Source of the DNA: Blasia pusilla
Taxonomy: Eukaryota
Length of the DNA: 64,000 nt
Assembly: GCA_050084515.1 (NCBI GenBank)
Contig: CM114271.1
Span: forward strand, 48,670,001 to 48,734,000
Reading direction: 5' to 3'
The notes under the pieces: model-generated
The model's input: the letters and a program-made list of their open reading frames with translations, nothing else
Database searches by the model: none
What the model was told of the DNA's origin: nothing
Shown: positions 38,202 through 50,522 of the stretch, piece by piece
Layout of the letters: each line of letters starts with the position of its first letter
Position numbering within the stretch: the first letter of the stretch is position 1
Program-made: the position numbers and the translations under genes

Positions 38202-38569
38202 TGAAATCCATGAAAGACCTATTGTCATAAAACATGTATAGAATCACATAAAATTGAGCCAAACCCACTCCACGATGGGAGAATCCAAGTCGAAGCTTGC
38301 GGGAACCACCATAGCCAAGAGCTCTACTCACTACCAAGGCTAACTCCCAACGCAACAGGCTCAACTCAAAGAACTAATTGTTCTTTGAGTGCACTCCATA
38401 CTATATCCTCCAACCTAAGAGCGGGCCCTACTGGAAAAGTCACCCTCAACAAAGTAACCCCCAACCCTATGTATGAAACCGCATCTCTATCTAGACACTA
38501 CGGCCCTACATAAGGTATGGCCTCTACTAGCACACTATACTCTACGACATAATCCATATGGTCATGACA
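38202..38569 (-). repeat. Terminal repeat B, 5' copy (promoter-bearing, LTR-like unit)
   Basis: Element sense TGTCATGACC...GGATTTCA; TATA-like GATATAG at about 38401-38407; internal hairpin 38364-38390. Confidence 0.93.
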
Positions 38570-39279
38570 ATATCTTAAATGATGGGGGTTGTGACCTAGC
38601 AAAGAAGGACCAAATGTCAATTGAGACTTGAGAAGAGCTCAACTCTTACAAGAGTTGGACGTCAACGGTACTACGACCTAGCTTGAAACTTGATTAATTG
38701 AGCTTGGTTCTTTATGTTTGACGTCGTCATAATGGCTAGAACCAAGATTCATTTGGGATGAATAAGATGGCATTGGAAAGCTTGCTAGAAATTGATTAAA
38801 ATGCTCTAAAATTCAAAATAAACATATAGAAACCATTTCCCAAACTATCGGAATTATAGTTTGGTTGAGGGCCATAACAAGGGGCCCAAGAGGACTTCCC
38901 TAATTGTAGGGAGGGCTGGGAATCTCTAGAACTATACTTAAAGGGGAGGATCTCCAAAGGGTATTTGGAACTTGAACCCCATCTTGGAAACCATGGGGAT
39001 GAACCAAGGGCACATGATGGATTAAGAGGTTGGCATTAGGGCCAACCTCTCAATCCAAGGCAAGTAAGTTCTCAACACGCACACCAAAATGCTTTGAGCA
39101 TAAGGATGCCCCACATGCAAGTCTTTAGGGGGGCCCTTGGCTCCAAATTCAAATGAGGCGGCACTCTATGTTCAAATGATGGACCTCATGAAGATCAGAT
39201 GCATGTCAGAACAATGACCCAACAAGTAAGTGGATTGCTGAGGTGGAGATGGTTAGAGCATCCGTCTCTAGCAAGAAAC

Positions 39280-40720
39280 TTTTAATCCGATTTTTAAAGA
39301 TGAATTTCCCCACTTCATTCATAGGAATGGGGCATTCATGTAAGGTCAAGGTATTTCTCACCAAATTTCAGCTTTACTTTGAAGTGCAATAGGTAGAGGA
39401 GGAGGATAAGCTAATAGTGGCACTTATGCTTCTGAAGAATTATGCATACCAATGGTGGATGGCCCATTGTGAGGAACTCTAAGGCACCTATCCTCTTTGA
39501 GTTGGGAGGAGTTCAAAGAATTGATTGCAAGGTTGCACAAAAATGGACAAGTCCATCCATTAGACGGACATGTCGGGACATATCGAAGGACACGCCCGAT
39601 CTTTACTAGAGCCCACATCTAAGCCCGCTTGGAGACTGCCGCGTTGACCATGGCTGAAAAATCCTGCGCCCGGTGTGTGGCCCGCAATGAGGCTCGCGCA
39701 AGTCGGTTAGGGGCAAGCTGCCCCGGCCCCAACCCAATGTGCGGGCCCCTAGTCATCCACAAGCCCGCCCTACGGGCTCCATAAGCCCGGGTCAACGCAA
39801 CGGGCTCCTAGCGAGCTTGGATGAGGGCCACGGGTACCCGAGGCCACACAAACATATCCGTCCATAAGATGAACATAAGTCCGCGGACATGGACTTTGTC
39901 CATGTGCAACCCTGGTTGATTGGCAACCAATTTGTGGAGTTTGTGCACTTGAGGCAAGTAGGGTTTCTAAGCACCTATGAGCATGAGTTTAGTGCAAAGT
40001 TGAACTCATTGCCTAAGATGGACGAGTTTACAAAGAAGATCATATTGTTGAGTGGATTTAAGCCAAGTTATGAAAAGACCCTCTTTCAAATGCTTGCATT
40101 ATCAAAGACCTGCACCAAACTCTTGAAACTAGTGGAGCAGATTGGGGACAATGAGGTCTGAGCCCGAAGAACCTTTGAGTAGAAAATTTCTTCAAAGTCT
40201 TAGAAGAACAAGGGGAAGTCCATAGAGTGGGACTAAGTATAGTTGTGGAGAGTCCCTTGTCTTGGAAGCAAAGCGAGTGGATCCCAACATGAAGCCAAAA
40301 GGAGCTCCACACCCAAAGTCTGTATATGGGAGCTAAATTGACTTGTTATAATTGTGGTGAGTTCATCCACATAGTCAAGGGATGTTTGAAGCTTGAGGTT
40401 AGTGATTGGAGCATGATTGCCTTTGTTGCTAAGAATTTTTTGGCAGGTGACCGAGAGATGTCCCTTCAAGTCACTAAGAGGATGCTTAATCTTGTGTACC
40501 CAATAGCCAAGATCTCTAATCTCAATTCTACATTTCTTTCTCATTGATAAAGGTGCTTCACAATTCTTCTTGAGCTGGTGATTAGTGAAGAAGTTGGGTT
40601 TTTCAACCACCAAGGTTGAAAAGCCTATTTGGGTGGGCTTTTCCAAGAGCAAGTCCCATCAAACATTAGATCTAGCTTTGAGGTTAATGTTTGGTTGTGA
40701 AGATGCAAGTTGAAGGAGAA
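39280..40720 (+). pseudogene. Decayed gag/protease of an unrelated Ty3/Gypsy element
   Basis: FVHLRQVG..YEHEF gag-like block; CYNCGEFIHIVKGC zinc knuckle; LIDKGASQFF protease-like motif near 40540. Confidence 0.65.
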
Positions 40721-41224
40721 ATTTACCATTTCCAACATACTCCAATCCGTATGGAATTAGAAAGGATGCCTCATGATAGGTCTCCTCAATATGGGCACAG
40801 ACGTCAACTTGCAATTGTCCTTGAGCAACTGAAATGCTCTCTCTTGCTCATCCCCCTTTTGCCACTCGTGATCCACCTCCGTCTACAAGGTCAATGGTAT
40901 CTACCTTTCAAACCCATATATGTGGTATATATGCTAGAGTAGTGATAGTAAATCCTTTGCATGAGAGATTTCCTAAGCTTGCACTTTGTTGTATTCCTAC
41001 TTGCAATAGGTTTCAAGCTAGTTGGGTGAGAGAGCATTGGCAATTCTTGGAGTATAGAATGTAGAGCGGCGATTGATGCTATAATTGGTCATGCTAGTGA
41101 TGAAGATTCGCGTAGACGAAAATTGATAATGGAAGATTATCTTGGAAAATCTAGAGTAGTCAATAGGTATTGTGTTGGTTGGGACGGAAGTTTTCTTGTA
41201 TAAGTTTAAATCAATCTTTTTTTT

Positions 41225-41825
41225 TAACCATTAGACTCACCTAAAATTTGTAGGTTTTTGAAGACAAATAATCCATGGAGTGAAAATTTTAGATCTATAA
41301 ATTTTTTACTCAAGATAGAAAACTAATCTAAAGTGAGTCAATGATATGCGTAATTTTCATTCAATGTTTGTTTATCTATTGGCCTTGAAAATATTCCCTT
41401 ACTCCCTACTCCTTTATGCATGATAAGGTCAGTGCTAGGATTTATGGATGCTTGGAAGGAATGTCAAGTCATGATGTGAACATAAATAAGAGTCCAACTA
41501 CATGGAAAATAATTGATTGTCTACAACGTAAATTTTTCTCATACAAGTTTCAGCCATTCTATTTTCTCAACCATTAGATGGTCCTTGGATTTGGAGGACA
41601 TGTATGGAAAAATAAGAATCCATAAAGTTAATGATTTGGATCTAAAAGTTTTTCACTCAAGATAGAAAATTGATTTAAAGGGTGTATAATGTTATACCTA
41701 GTTTTCATTGAAGGTATGTTACTCCTTTCTTCTTGGAAACATTTACTCACTCCTCACGAATTAATGATATTAGGTTGAGTTCAAGGAACTATAGGTGCTT
41801 CAAATTAATGTTAGGTCATGATTTT
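41225..41825. repeat. Diverged tandem duplication of about 340 bp
   Basis: AACCATTAGA...ACTCAAGATAGAAAA...TTTTCATT blocks recur at about 41225 and 41568. Confidence 0.55.
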
Positions 41826-43120
41826 AAGGAATTTTAGCAAAGGGGTTGGAAAAAAGGGAGATGCCAACTCTATCACAATTATAACCTTTAAATTTTATTC
41901 TGATTATTTGTATTTTCCCCCCTTTTTTTGAAAATCTTTATAGAAATATATACTTATCAATGATGTATCAACATATGGTATTGGATTTATATTAAACATT
42001 GTATTAAACCCTTTAATAATTTTTCAATTATATGTAAAATGAACCAATACCTAGGACCCTATGTTAATAAGAGCCCAAAATTAACTTTTTGCCCCCTTTG
42101 AATTGTAATTGCATAATTCTAATATTACACTTTTAAGAATTAAAAAAATTCCTTTAGTAGGACTTCATGGTATACTTATATAGGGTAGTGATAACCCTTT
42201 GTCTTGAAACCACTTGGTTTGTGAATCCTTAGGGTCTTTAGAGACTATTGGATTTGGTGTCCGTTCTACTCAAGTTTCACTTGGTGGACATGGACATAAA
42301 TAATTTCCCTTTGGATCTTTTATAGACATGCAGATTTGTCATGCCTTAAGATCTTGTGTCCTTTCCACATAACTTCTATTCATTGTTGTTTCTTGCTCAA
42401 TCATTTCCTCTAGATTCTGAAGAAACAACCTCTAGATCTACTCTTGGCCTCTGGTTTTGTCAAACCTTAGGATCTGATGTCATTTGTACACATCTTCCTT
42501 TTGGTGGACTCTGCGCAAACTTGTTGTCATGGTTAGAGGGAACCTTAACCGACAACTAGTTTTAACATTGTTGTAAGCTCCTGCAATCTTCTGCATACTC
42601 TCGATGGCAATGGTGTCTCTTTCACTTATGTCACATCCTTTGGCTTCCTTGTGTAACACAACTTTCATTGATCATTCCTGGTCTTCTCAAGTTCTCTCTT
42701 CAACCCTGAAATGTGCATACTTTATCGTTTTCAACATGAATCACTCACGTACTTTCTCCACATCGACCCTTGGCTGTTCACCCTTGCTCTAGGTTGAGTC
42801 GTGCCTGCAACTTGCTTTCTTTTAGGCTAACAATCTTGGGAACTTAGATAGCCAAACATATCAATTCTATTTAAGATTTTCTTCCATTCTAGAGGAAAAA
42901 TATTTCTTCTTAGTAGGGCAAAGTTGTCTTGCCCCAAGCTTTTTCCATGGGATGGGACTCTAAGGTTGATCCCACCTTGATCCACGATCATGACTCAATT
43001 CCCAAATTTTTTAGAACGCGGGTAGCATGTGCATCTAAGACTTAGCTACGCACAATGTTTTTTCACGTTCATGTCTTCTCAGGGGAAGGATAACAACATT
43101 AGCTAAAATTGATTCTACAT

Positions 43121-43380
43121 CATGTCCAAGGTCCATCATGTTCAACTTTTTTTGAAGATGTGCAAATCATTAATGGATTGTTGTATCCAACCTTTAAGGA
43201 CGTTGCTATTCTTTGAGTTTTTTTTCAAGATACTAAAGACATCTTCTCTTACTTCCATGAAGTATCGAAGATTCATATTGACTCCTCATTTCGTCAACTC
43301 TTTGCCGCTATTTTAGGCCATAACATTCCTACTTGACGAGAAGCACTATGGGAACAATTTTTCGTGCCACCTAGGGAGGA
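43121..43380 (+). pseudogene. Helitron Rep/helicase linker fragment
   Basis: Hand translation across frameshifts gives HVQGP..FEDVQIINGLLYPTFKDVAI..FRQLFAAIL..ALWEQF, matching the GPTSFEDLRTVNG..PTF..LRQLF..LWEKF block of RepHel proteins. Confidence 0.65.
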
Positions 43381-45824
43381 TATTTTACGGAGACAATGTC
43401 ATGGATTGGTTACTATCACTTCTCCTTTTTACATTTCTTAACATTTTCCCTTCCATTTCTTATTTGTACCTAATTATGCTGCGCATTTTTCTGATTATTC
43501 AAAATATCTCTTTTCCACTCTCACCATCATCGCTTTATTAGAAATGTTTCATCACTTGAAAGATCAAAGTAAATACATGTCCACATATATGTATGAAAAA
43601 TGTGTTGGAGCATGTTCGATGCCCTTCCATAAGGGAAAGGCAGGTGGGTGCTAGCTTGGCGGCCCACATACCATTTATTTTCGTTACGAGATATCCCATT
43701 CCAGCAAAAGGCTTACCTGGCCTGGATTTGAAGGTGGCTGGAATCTCGGATGCTAGAGCTACTAGTTGGGTGGATCATGAGTTCGTAAAAGCTTCAAAGT
43801 GTCACACGAATGGGAATACGACCAGACCACCATATCATTTCCGATTGGCGAGGCCAGAGGAGATGTTGAGTTGGGTGGAAGGAGGAAGTAAAATCCGCAT
43901 GGTGACTTCGCACGATAGGTTTTCGTAAGTGGTTTACAGCACTTGCAATTCGGTTGCACATGAGAGAGCTGATGCGGAGCAGCCAGCATGCATAGTTTAG
44001 ACCGGACGACTGTGGGGAGTAACTGAGAGTGGGGTGCGACAGTGTTCCGAGTATTTTGTGAGGAATCATATTGCATCGATGTCAGGATATTCATCCTTGG
44101 AATGGGTTATCGACCTTGAAAGAGTCGCAGCAGTGGACAGAGATCGTGTCCTCCCATGATGATAGGAAGTAGTATCAAGCGCCAGGTCTTTGGTGACTTC
44201 TGTCCTTGATTCTGCTACATTTCCATGTACTCCCGATGCGTTTTAGATCACCCGCTTTTTATTGAGCCTTCACCACCTTGGGGCGGGGATCGAGACTTCC
44301 AACCGTTCTATGCAAGTTTGGAGGTCAACCTTGCATCGAGGTGAGCGTGAAGTCTCCGAACAGGAGAAAATCGGGCCATGTGAGATGAGTTTCCGAGCTG
44401 TAACGATACCACGTCTATCGTGAAATGGAATCGTAACTAGTCAAATCTAGAGGCGTAGTCCTCAGGGCTAGGATTGGACTCAGGTAGGGTATCTGTCAGG
44501 CCTGCCCAGTGGAAGCCCCAACAATCATCTGTCAGGGCCTATGGAGTATTTGCATCTCCCGCAGCTGCATCTCTACCCTCGGATGACGTTGGAAGATTGC
44601 CTCCAAGAATGTGCAAGTCCTACCCGAAGGAGTGGTGTGCCTCACTCGGTAGAGCAGGCCCTCTCCCATTAGATCCCGAAACACCCGGGAGAAAATCCGG
44701 GAACTCTGGGAAGTAGAGTTCAGCTTCCAGGCTTTGCTGAGAGTGTCGACATCAAAAATTTGGTGGTGAATTTTTATTTTCTTGCTGTGGCTGGATTATG
44801 ACAGCGAATTACCTCACCTCGAGACCGCTAAGCACTGCTGCTGCTAGGTCTCAGACTATTCTACGATTTTGATCATCAATTCGACGGGTCGCGACCTGCT
44901 GGGCCGAGATAAGACGTTCCACAAAGTAACGATCAACAAAGAGGGAGAGATATAACGGCGACCTCCGAACAAGTAAACTCACGCATCGCCTTCTCTTCAT
45001 TCACTGGGTGGTGATTTGAATGACAAGTTTCATATCTCGGATTGTAGACCCTGTGCGTCGGGTGACAGCCATCAAGCCGGGGCAGCTTGCATCAGAAAGA
45101 CTGAGATGGTGATCACGCTCCAATAGATCACCATCTGAAGCTTAACCTTGCTCCGATTTGAAAACCCCACAACCGGTACGTTTTATCATGCTACGCCATC
45201 CCTTTAACACACAGCTGCCACTAGTCAAAGTAGTCTTGCCATTGGCGTCGAACTAAATACTAAGCACTACCTCGCAAAACCCTAGACATCTGAGGGCGTG
45301 TTCCAGTGATTTAGTACTGGCCAACAATATCATTAAGTTGTATATGAGCCTAGACCTGTCAGCTGGCCATGTCATAAGTTTACTATCCCTCCGTTCATGA
45401 TAATTTCCGAAGACTAAGATCCCCAAATCCGAATGAGGAGAGCATGTAAGAAACTGTGGACCGGGGCAATTGTGCGGACATGCAAAAGGGCTGTGCTGCA
45501 AAATATAGGGTACTGTCCAATCCCCTTGTGTGAAGAATTAAAGAAAAACTGGTACAACACGCATCTTCATGCAAAAATACTTCCTCGCCAATTGTCCTTG
45601 ACAGTAACTTCATCACCCATGAAAGATGAACTCGTTTGTGTTCCGACAAGTAGGGGTCTTACCTTCTTTCTCCGATCTTATGTTGTAGACAAGAATTCCA
45701 CATCAATAACTTTGCTTTTCAGTGCACAACTTCTACATATGTTGTGGATCTTAAAAGTCTAACTTCACAGTTTCTATGATTTATAGCAGGCATCCCCATT
45801 CATTGAAGGATGTGATTGGAATTA

Positions 45825-47347
45825 TTATCTTGTTTTCGAAGCAGCTCTTGTTGCCTCTTCTCGAGAAGACGGGAATAGCTCCACGTATCGGCTTCCCAGA
45901 GTCATCTTGTCCTTGCTCATTGCAGCCTTCGATTCCGAAGAAGAGGCAAACTCCACAAAAGCCTCACCCGTCGCTCGCCCATCAGCGTGCGACACTATGT
46001 GCACGTTCTCATCTGTCAGTCCGTACTCTCTAAAGAAGTCGATGATGTCCCGCTTGGATGCAGAGAATGGCAGGCCCCTGAGCTTCAAAACACCTGTGTG
46101 CTCGAGATGATCCTTCTCGGAGGACGGCTTGCCCGGGGGAGTGGAGATGTGACCCCCGTCATCCTTAGGCTCGGCCACATCCGCCGCCACTGCCTGATAG
46201 TAATCGTGCTTCTTGCAACGGAATACCTCTATGTATCGGCGACCCATGTTCTGGCGATTTCTTTGCAGAGCGAAATCCACCTGCATTGGGGCACCAAACA
46301 CCACAAATGCTTCCCCGGAGAAACGTCCTTGCTTGCGCACAAGAAGGACGTCCACCACATCCAGCCCCGCAAAGAACTCGAAAACATCACTCTCGCTGCA
46401 GTTGAAGGGTAGACCCCGCAGTCTCACCACCGGGAAAGGGCGCGGTTGCCCTAAGACTTGAGCGATATTGGAACTTCCATAAGCCAAGCTGGCTTGCGAG
46501 AGCGCAGGGCCCCCGCCAAAATAAGGGCCCGCATCGATTAATCGCTGCCTTTTTGCCCCAACCTCGTATCCATCTGCACCTCCCCCGCTTCCCAAAAGAT
46601 TCCTTCAAAGATACATCCCAGCCCCCCGCCCACAGCCCAACCGTCAATATGTGCGCCCTCCCCTGGGAACCTATGATGCCACACATCAAGCTCTCAGATG
46701 TGTGCCCTCCCTTCATCACTCTCTAAATCCCTCAAGTGCAGTGCAGTGAAGTCATCATACATGTCAGATCTCAGGTAGTAAGCTTTGAAGATCTTAGCTC
46801 AGATGGAAGTGTTCGCTACGTCTGATGTTCGGAGTCTTAGATGACATGCTTAAAGATCCGAAATAGGACGAAATGAGACCAACATCGCTTGCCTATCCTG
46901 ATGAATGAAAACCAAAAGAGCCACTCTAGGAGGTTGCATTGAGAAAAAAATTTCTGCACCAGAAGTGACCTTTACAGGCACAGTTCTTAGCAGATGCGAG
47001 GACATGGTTCATCGGTCACCTTAGGTATTCAAAGTCGACGCTTACATAACCCTAAAGAGATCCCCGTTTATTCCACTCGCAACACGGCGAGCCGTGCAGT
47101 GTCGGTTCTTAATTCAATCATTACACGATGATGATGGACATAAATTCAAAAGTGGTAAATGTGCTACAGCAGAGACTTTTACGTATACCACAGAAAATGT
47201 AAGCTTAGTTACTTGATTACGGAGATTGTTCCTTCGTTGATTCGTTCGTTTCTCTACAAGGAAGAGAAGAGGACAGAGCTGGCTTGACTCGACAGATGAA
47301 ATAGAGTTAGTCCCCTTTCGCTCACTCACTTACCCTCTGGAGAACAT
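45825..47347 (-). CDS. hnRNP F/H-like RNA-binding protein with two quasi-RRMs; exons 47347-47334 and 46602-45825, 263 aa
   Basis: Two LRGLPF...GEAFV.F...MG/LG.RY.E.F qRRM blocks; exon 1 ATGTTCTCCAGAGG followed by GTAAGT splices in frame at AG 46604-46603 to give MFSRGNLLGSGGGADGYEVGAKRQR; no internal stops. Confidence 0.92.
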
Positions 47348-47579
47348 AATGCCGACGATGACACCCACACAATCCCTCCCACCACAGATGTATGCACCCG
47401 GCCCCGCCCCTGTTAGTAGTAATCCACCACCAACCACCACCACCCTCCCTGGACTTTTTCCTCTTCACCACCACCTCCTTCCCGCTCTCCGGCCCACCTC
47501 ACTTACAGTACCTCTCTCCTCCCACACAACCGAACCGAGCGGCCAACCAACACTGAACCGAATCCGCCTGCAGCCAGCC

Positions 47580-47705
47580 AGCAAAGCAACGCAACGCAAC
47601 GCAACGCAACGATACTTTTTTTTCACGAGTCCCACCACAGCATAGCACAGAGCCAGCCAGCACCACAGAGAGGAAGAGAGAGACAGAGACAGAGACAGAG
47701 AAACG
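47580..47705. repeat. Microsatellites (CAACG)n and (AGAGAC)n upstream of the start codon
   Basis: Directly visible at about 47587-47611 and 47675-47700. Confidence 0.8.
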
Positions 47706-48804
47706 CACAGTCTACTACACTACCCTACTCTCCTATCTCTACGACCAGCCTCACAAGGGACTCAAAAGGGTCTGGTGGCTTGGATGGATTGGCAGAAATC
47801 TGCTCACACACACGCAACCACTCGTGCCTGTCTTCGCTGCCTCAGCGAATGCGCCGTCCCCTGCATATATGCTCCCTCTCAAATGCTCCCCCACTTCTTC
47901 AATCCCCCCTCCAAATCCAATCGTCTCCTCCTCTCTCACGGCGTACCAGCAAGAAAACGGTGCGAGGATGCGTCCTCTACCTTTGTCTCATGGATCGATC
48001 AAGAAGTGCATTCTACCGTGATCCTTACGCGAAATTCAACGGCACCGCAATCCTCAACGAACCTCCGGAGCTCTCCCTCTGCCCTCCGCTCTCCTGTGCT
48101 CTGATCTTACGCTCTTCTCGTCTCGTTCCCGACCTCTGAGGGCGCTCGTTCTATAAAGAGCGACGTCGTGAAGAAGGAAGCAACGGCGCTGAGGGCACAA
48201 GTAGAAGGCGAAGGAAAGGAGGCTGGCAGTGGCAATCACAGACGGACAGGCAGACAGTGACGGCGGGGAGGAGGTGGAAGGACGCATGCGGCGACATATT
48301 ACGTGGTAGTGGAGTGACATCGGGTACCAGATCTGACGGTTACGGAGCGTCCAGCGGACCGCTGTGGGCCGTCGGACGCAGTTTACCCCGGATCTGCGCC
48401 GTCCGCGAGAGTAGTTATTGCGGGGCAGCGTGAGTTGGTTAGAGAGCCGTAGAACTGCGGACGCCGGAAAGAAACCCCCATGTCTTTATCCCGTGTATGG
48501 ATGGAGATAGAAACGGAAATACACCACCACTTCGCTGTTTTAGGTTTACTCACTCCCGATGGTGTGGCGTGTTTTTTCTTATTCTGTACGCCCGTTATGT
48601 GGTATTTCAAAATACTTTATTATTGAATAATGAAAAGACTTTCTCTGATTTTGAATTGCTCGTCATTATCATGAAAGTAAATCATGTGAATCATTAAACA
48701 ATTTTATTGATAGATAAAGCAAAATGATCTTATTGATTGAATGGGTCTAGTGTCAATAGGGAAGGAGTTCGAAAATTAAAATGTCATTCTCCAATAATTA
48801 CGTA

Positions 48805-49019
48805 TTAGTAAGGTGTCCGTGCCATGCACGAGGAAATAAAAGAGTGTTTAAGAACCAGTGTATAGTATGGGAAAGGAAGAGATTAATGATGCACTACACA
48901 AATTCAAATTTTTTCTGGATGCCCGTAGCATGTGAAATATTTTCTTACTGCCTAGTTACTACATGTCAAACACATAAGTGTTTGCAAATCAAGAAGGAAT
49001 TCTCCCATAATAATATAGA
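48805..49019 (-). mobile_element. Non-autonomous Helitron (215 bp)
   Basis: Minus strand A|TCTATATTATTA ... CGTGC-ATG-GCACG hairpin ... CTAA|T; inserted at an AT site with no TSD. Confidence 0.8.
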
Positions 49020-50522
49020 TTAGTATATAACTTGTGTGATGCACGAGAGTGAAAGGATTGATAATGTTGCACACAAATTCAAAATATTTTTCTTGTTGCT
49101 CATAGTACGTAAAACATTTTCTTGCTACCCAATTGCCGCGAGTCAAGCAATCAAGTGTTTGCAAATCAAGAAGACACTCTCCCATAATAATATAAATACA
49201 AATCTTTTATATATTACAAAAATCATATTAAATCAATAAATGAGGGAATTGTTAACAAATTGAAATTTTACCTTAAAAATGATGAAATAAAAAAAATTAA
49301 AGGAAGTAGTGGGCAATGAAGATGTTCTCCACTAGTAAGATCCATAACTCTTAGATAGCATAGCAAGGGCATATCACTTTTTATATTACAAGTCTATATT
49401 TATCTAGCTTCTCAATCCCTGTGTAATAAGACTAACGTAAATCACGTGTTATGCAAGAGGCCAATAAAAATACAAATTCTCATCACATAGTCGAAGTCCT
49501 TACACCCCATTTCTCCAACTAGTGGGCAACCCATGGAGTGAAGGGAAAGCGTTTTCTTGTTGCCCGTAGAAGGGGAAACATTTTCTTGATGCCCGACTGC
49601 CACATGTCAGCCAAAGGGGTGTTTGCAAATCAAGAAGGCACGCTCCAATAATAATTTAGATTAACATCTCACACCACCAAAAAATTAAAGCCTCACTCTC
49701 TCATACATAGAAATCCCATTCTTTCTAGCAATTAAAACCTCCCCCAAATTTTGTGTCGCTAATACGGCTAGCTTGAGTTGATGAAGGATCTATTATGAAA
49801 AAATATAACAATGTTCTAATTTATCTGATTATGTTGCTATTTTTTCTTATGCATATGGGATTGCCAATAATAATCTAGAACTTTGGAATTTAGGATCTAA
49901 CCAAAAGTGATTTTGAAATAATAAAACTTGAGAATTTTAATTTTAATGTTGACACATCATAGAGTATTTTACATTCATAACCTCTAACAGAAATTTGTGC
50001 TATAATTCGAGGATGGATTTTATTACAATGCTTCCCCTCATGACACGTGTCTACTTCAAAACTATTTTTTCCACGTGGTAGTCCAATTTACTTTGAAAAA
50101 TAAGTCTTCCAATTGTATTAAAATCAAATTTTAATATTTATAGTTTAGGGAGCTCTAGTTTGACTGTGGCGGGATATTGTATGATAAATGTTTGTACTCG
50201 TCGAAGTTGCTCCTAGTGTATGGTAGGTTTGGTTTTAGATTTTATAGATTTCTACATTGTGTTTGAGATATTTGTATGTTTTTGTGTATGGTCCAATATA
50301 TTGGTTGTATTGTTCGCCTAAAAGTACTGATGAGTAAATCGTGATATGCACGTGATGAATGACTGTTAAATTTTTTAGAAGTCTTCTTCTTGCTAATGTT
50401 ACAAAAGTTTTCTTGTTACAATTACCACCAAAAGATTTTTTTTGCTATCTCACTAACATGGGTTATTCAAAGAAGTGTTTACAAATCAAGAAGTTGCAAT
50501 CGTTCTTCCACAATATTATAGA
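49020..50522 (-). mobile_element. Three further diverged copies of the same Helitron (about 49020-49196, 49431-49660, 50326-50522)
   Basis: Shared GTGTTTGCAAATCAAGAAG...ATAATATAGAT-like block and decayed hairpin ends. Confidence 0.65.

Larger units (their letters stand above)
28595..38569 (-). mobile_element. Near-complete Ty3/Gypsy retrotransposon: gag-PR-C5 MTase-RT-RH-IN-PHD, with split terminal repeats B...A-B-A
   Basis: All domains are collinear on the minus strand; element-sense termini TGTCATG...CACGACA; B at 38202-38569 and 28701-29068; A at 29071-29176 and 28595-28700; multiple stops and frameshifts. Confidence 0.92.

Noticed and set aside
28595-38569. Classification as a DIRS/Ngaro tyrosine-recombinase element
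   Set aside because: No R-H-R-Y recombinase ORF was seen; the integrase is DDE type, a protease is present and solo units have TSDs
28591-38573. TSD for the main element
   Set aside because: Flanks GCAT and ATAT differ at two of four positions (both transitions); compatible with decay but not evidence
45907-46719. Overlapping and antisense ORFs at the hnRNP F/H-like gene
   Set aside because: Shadow frames of a GC-rich exon with no independent support
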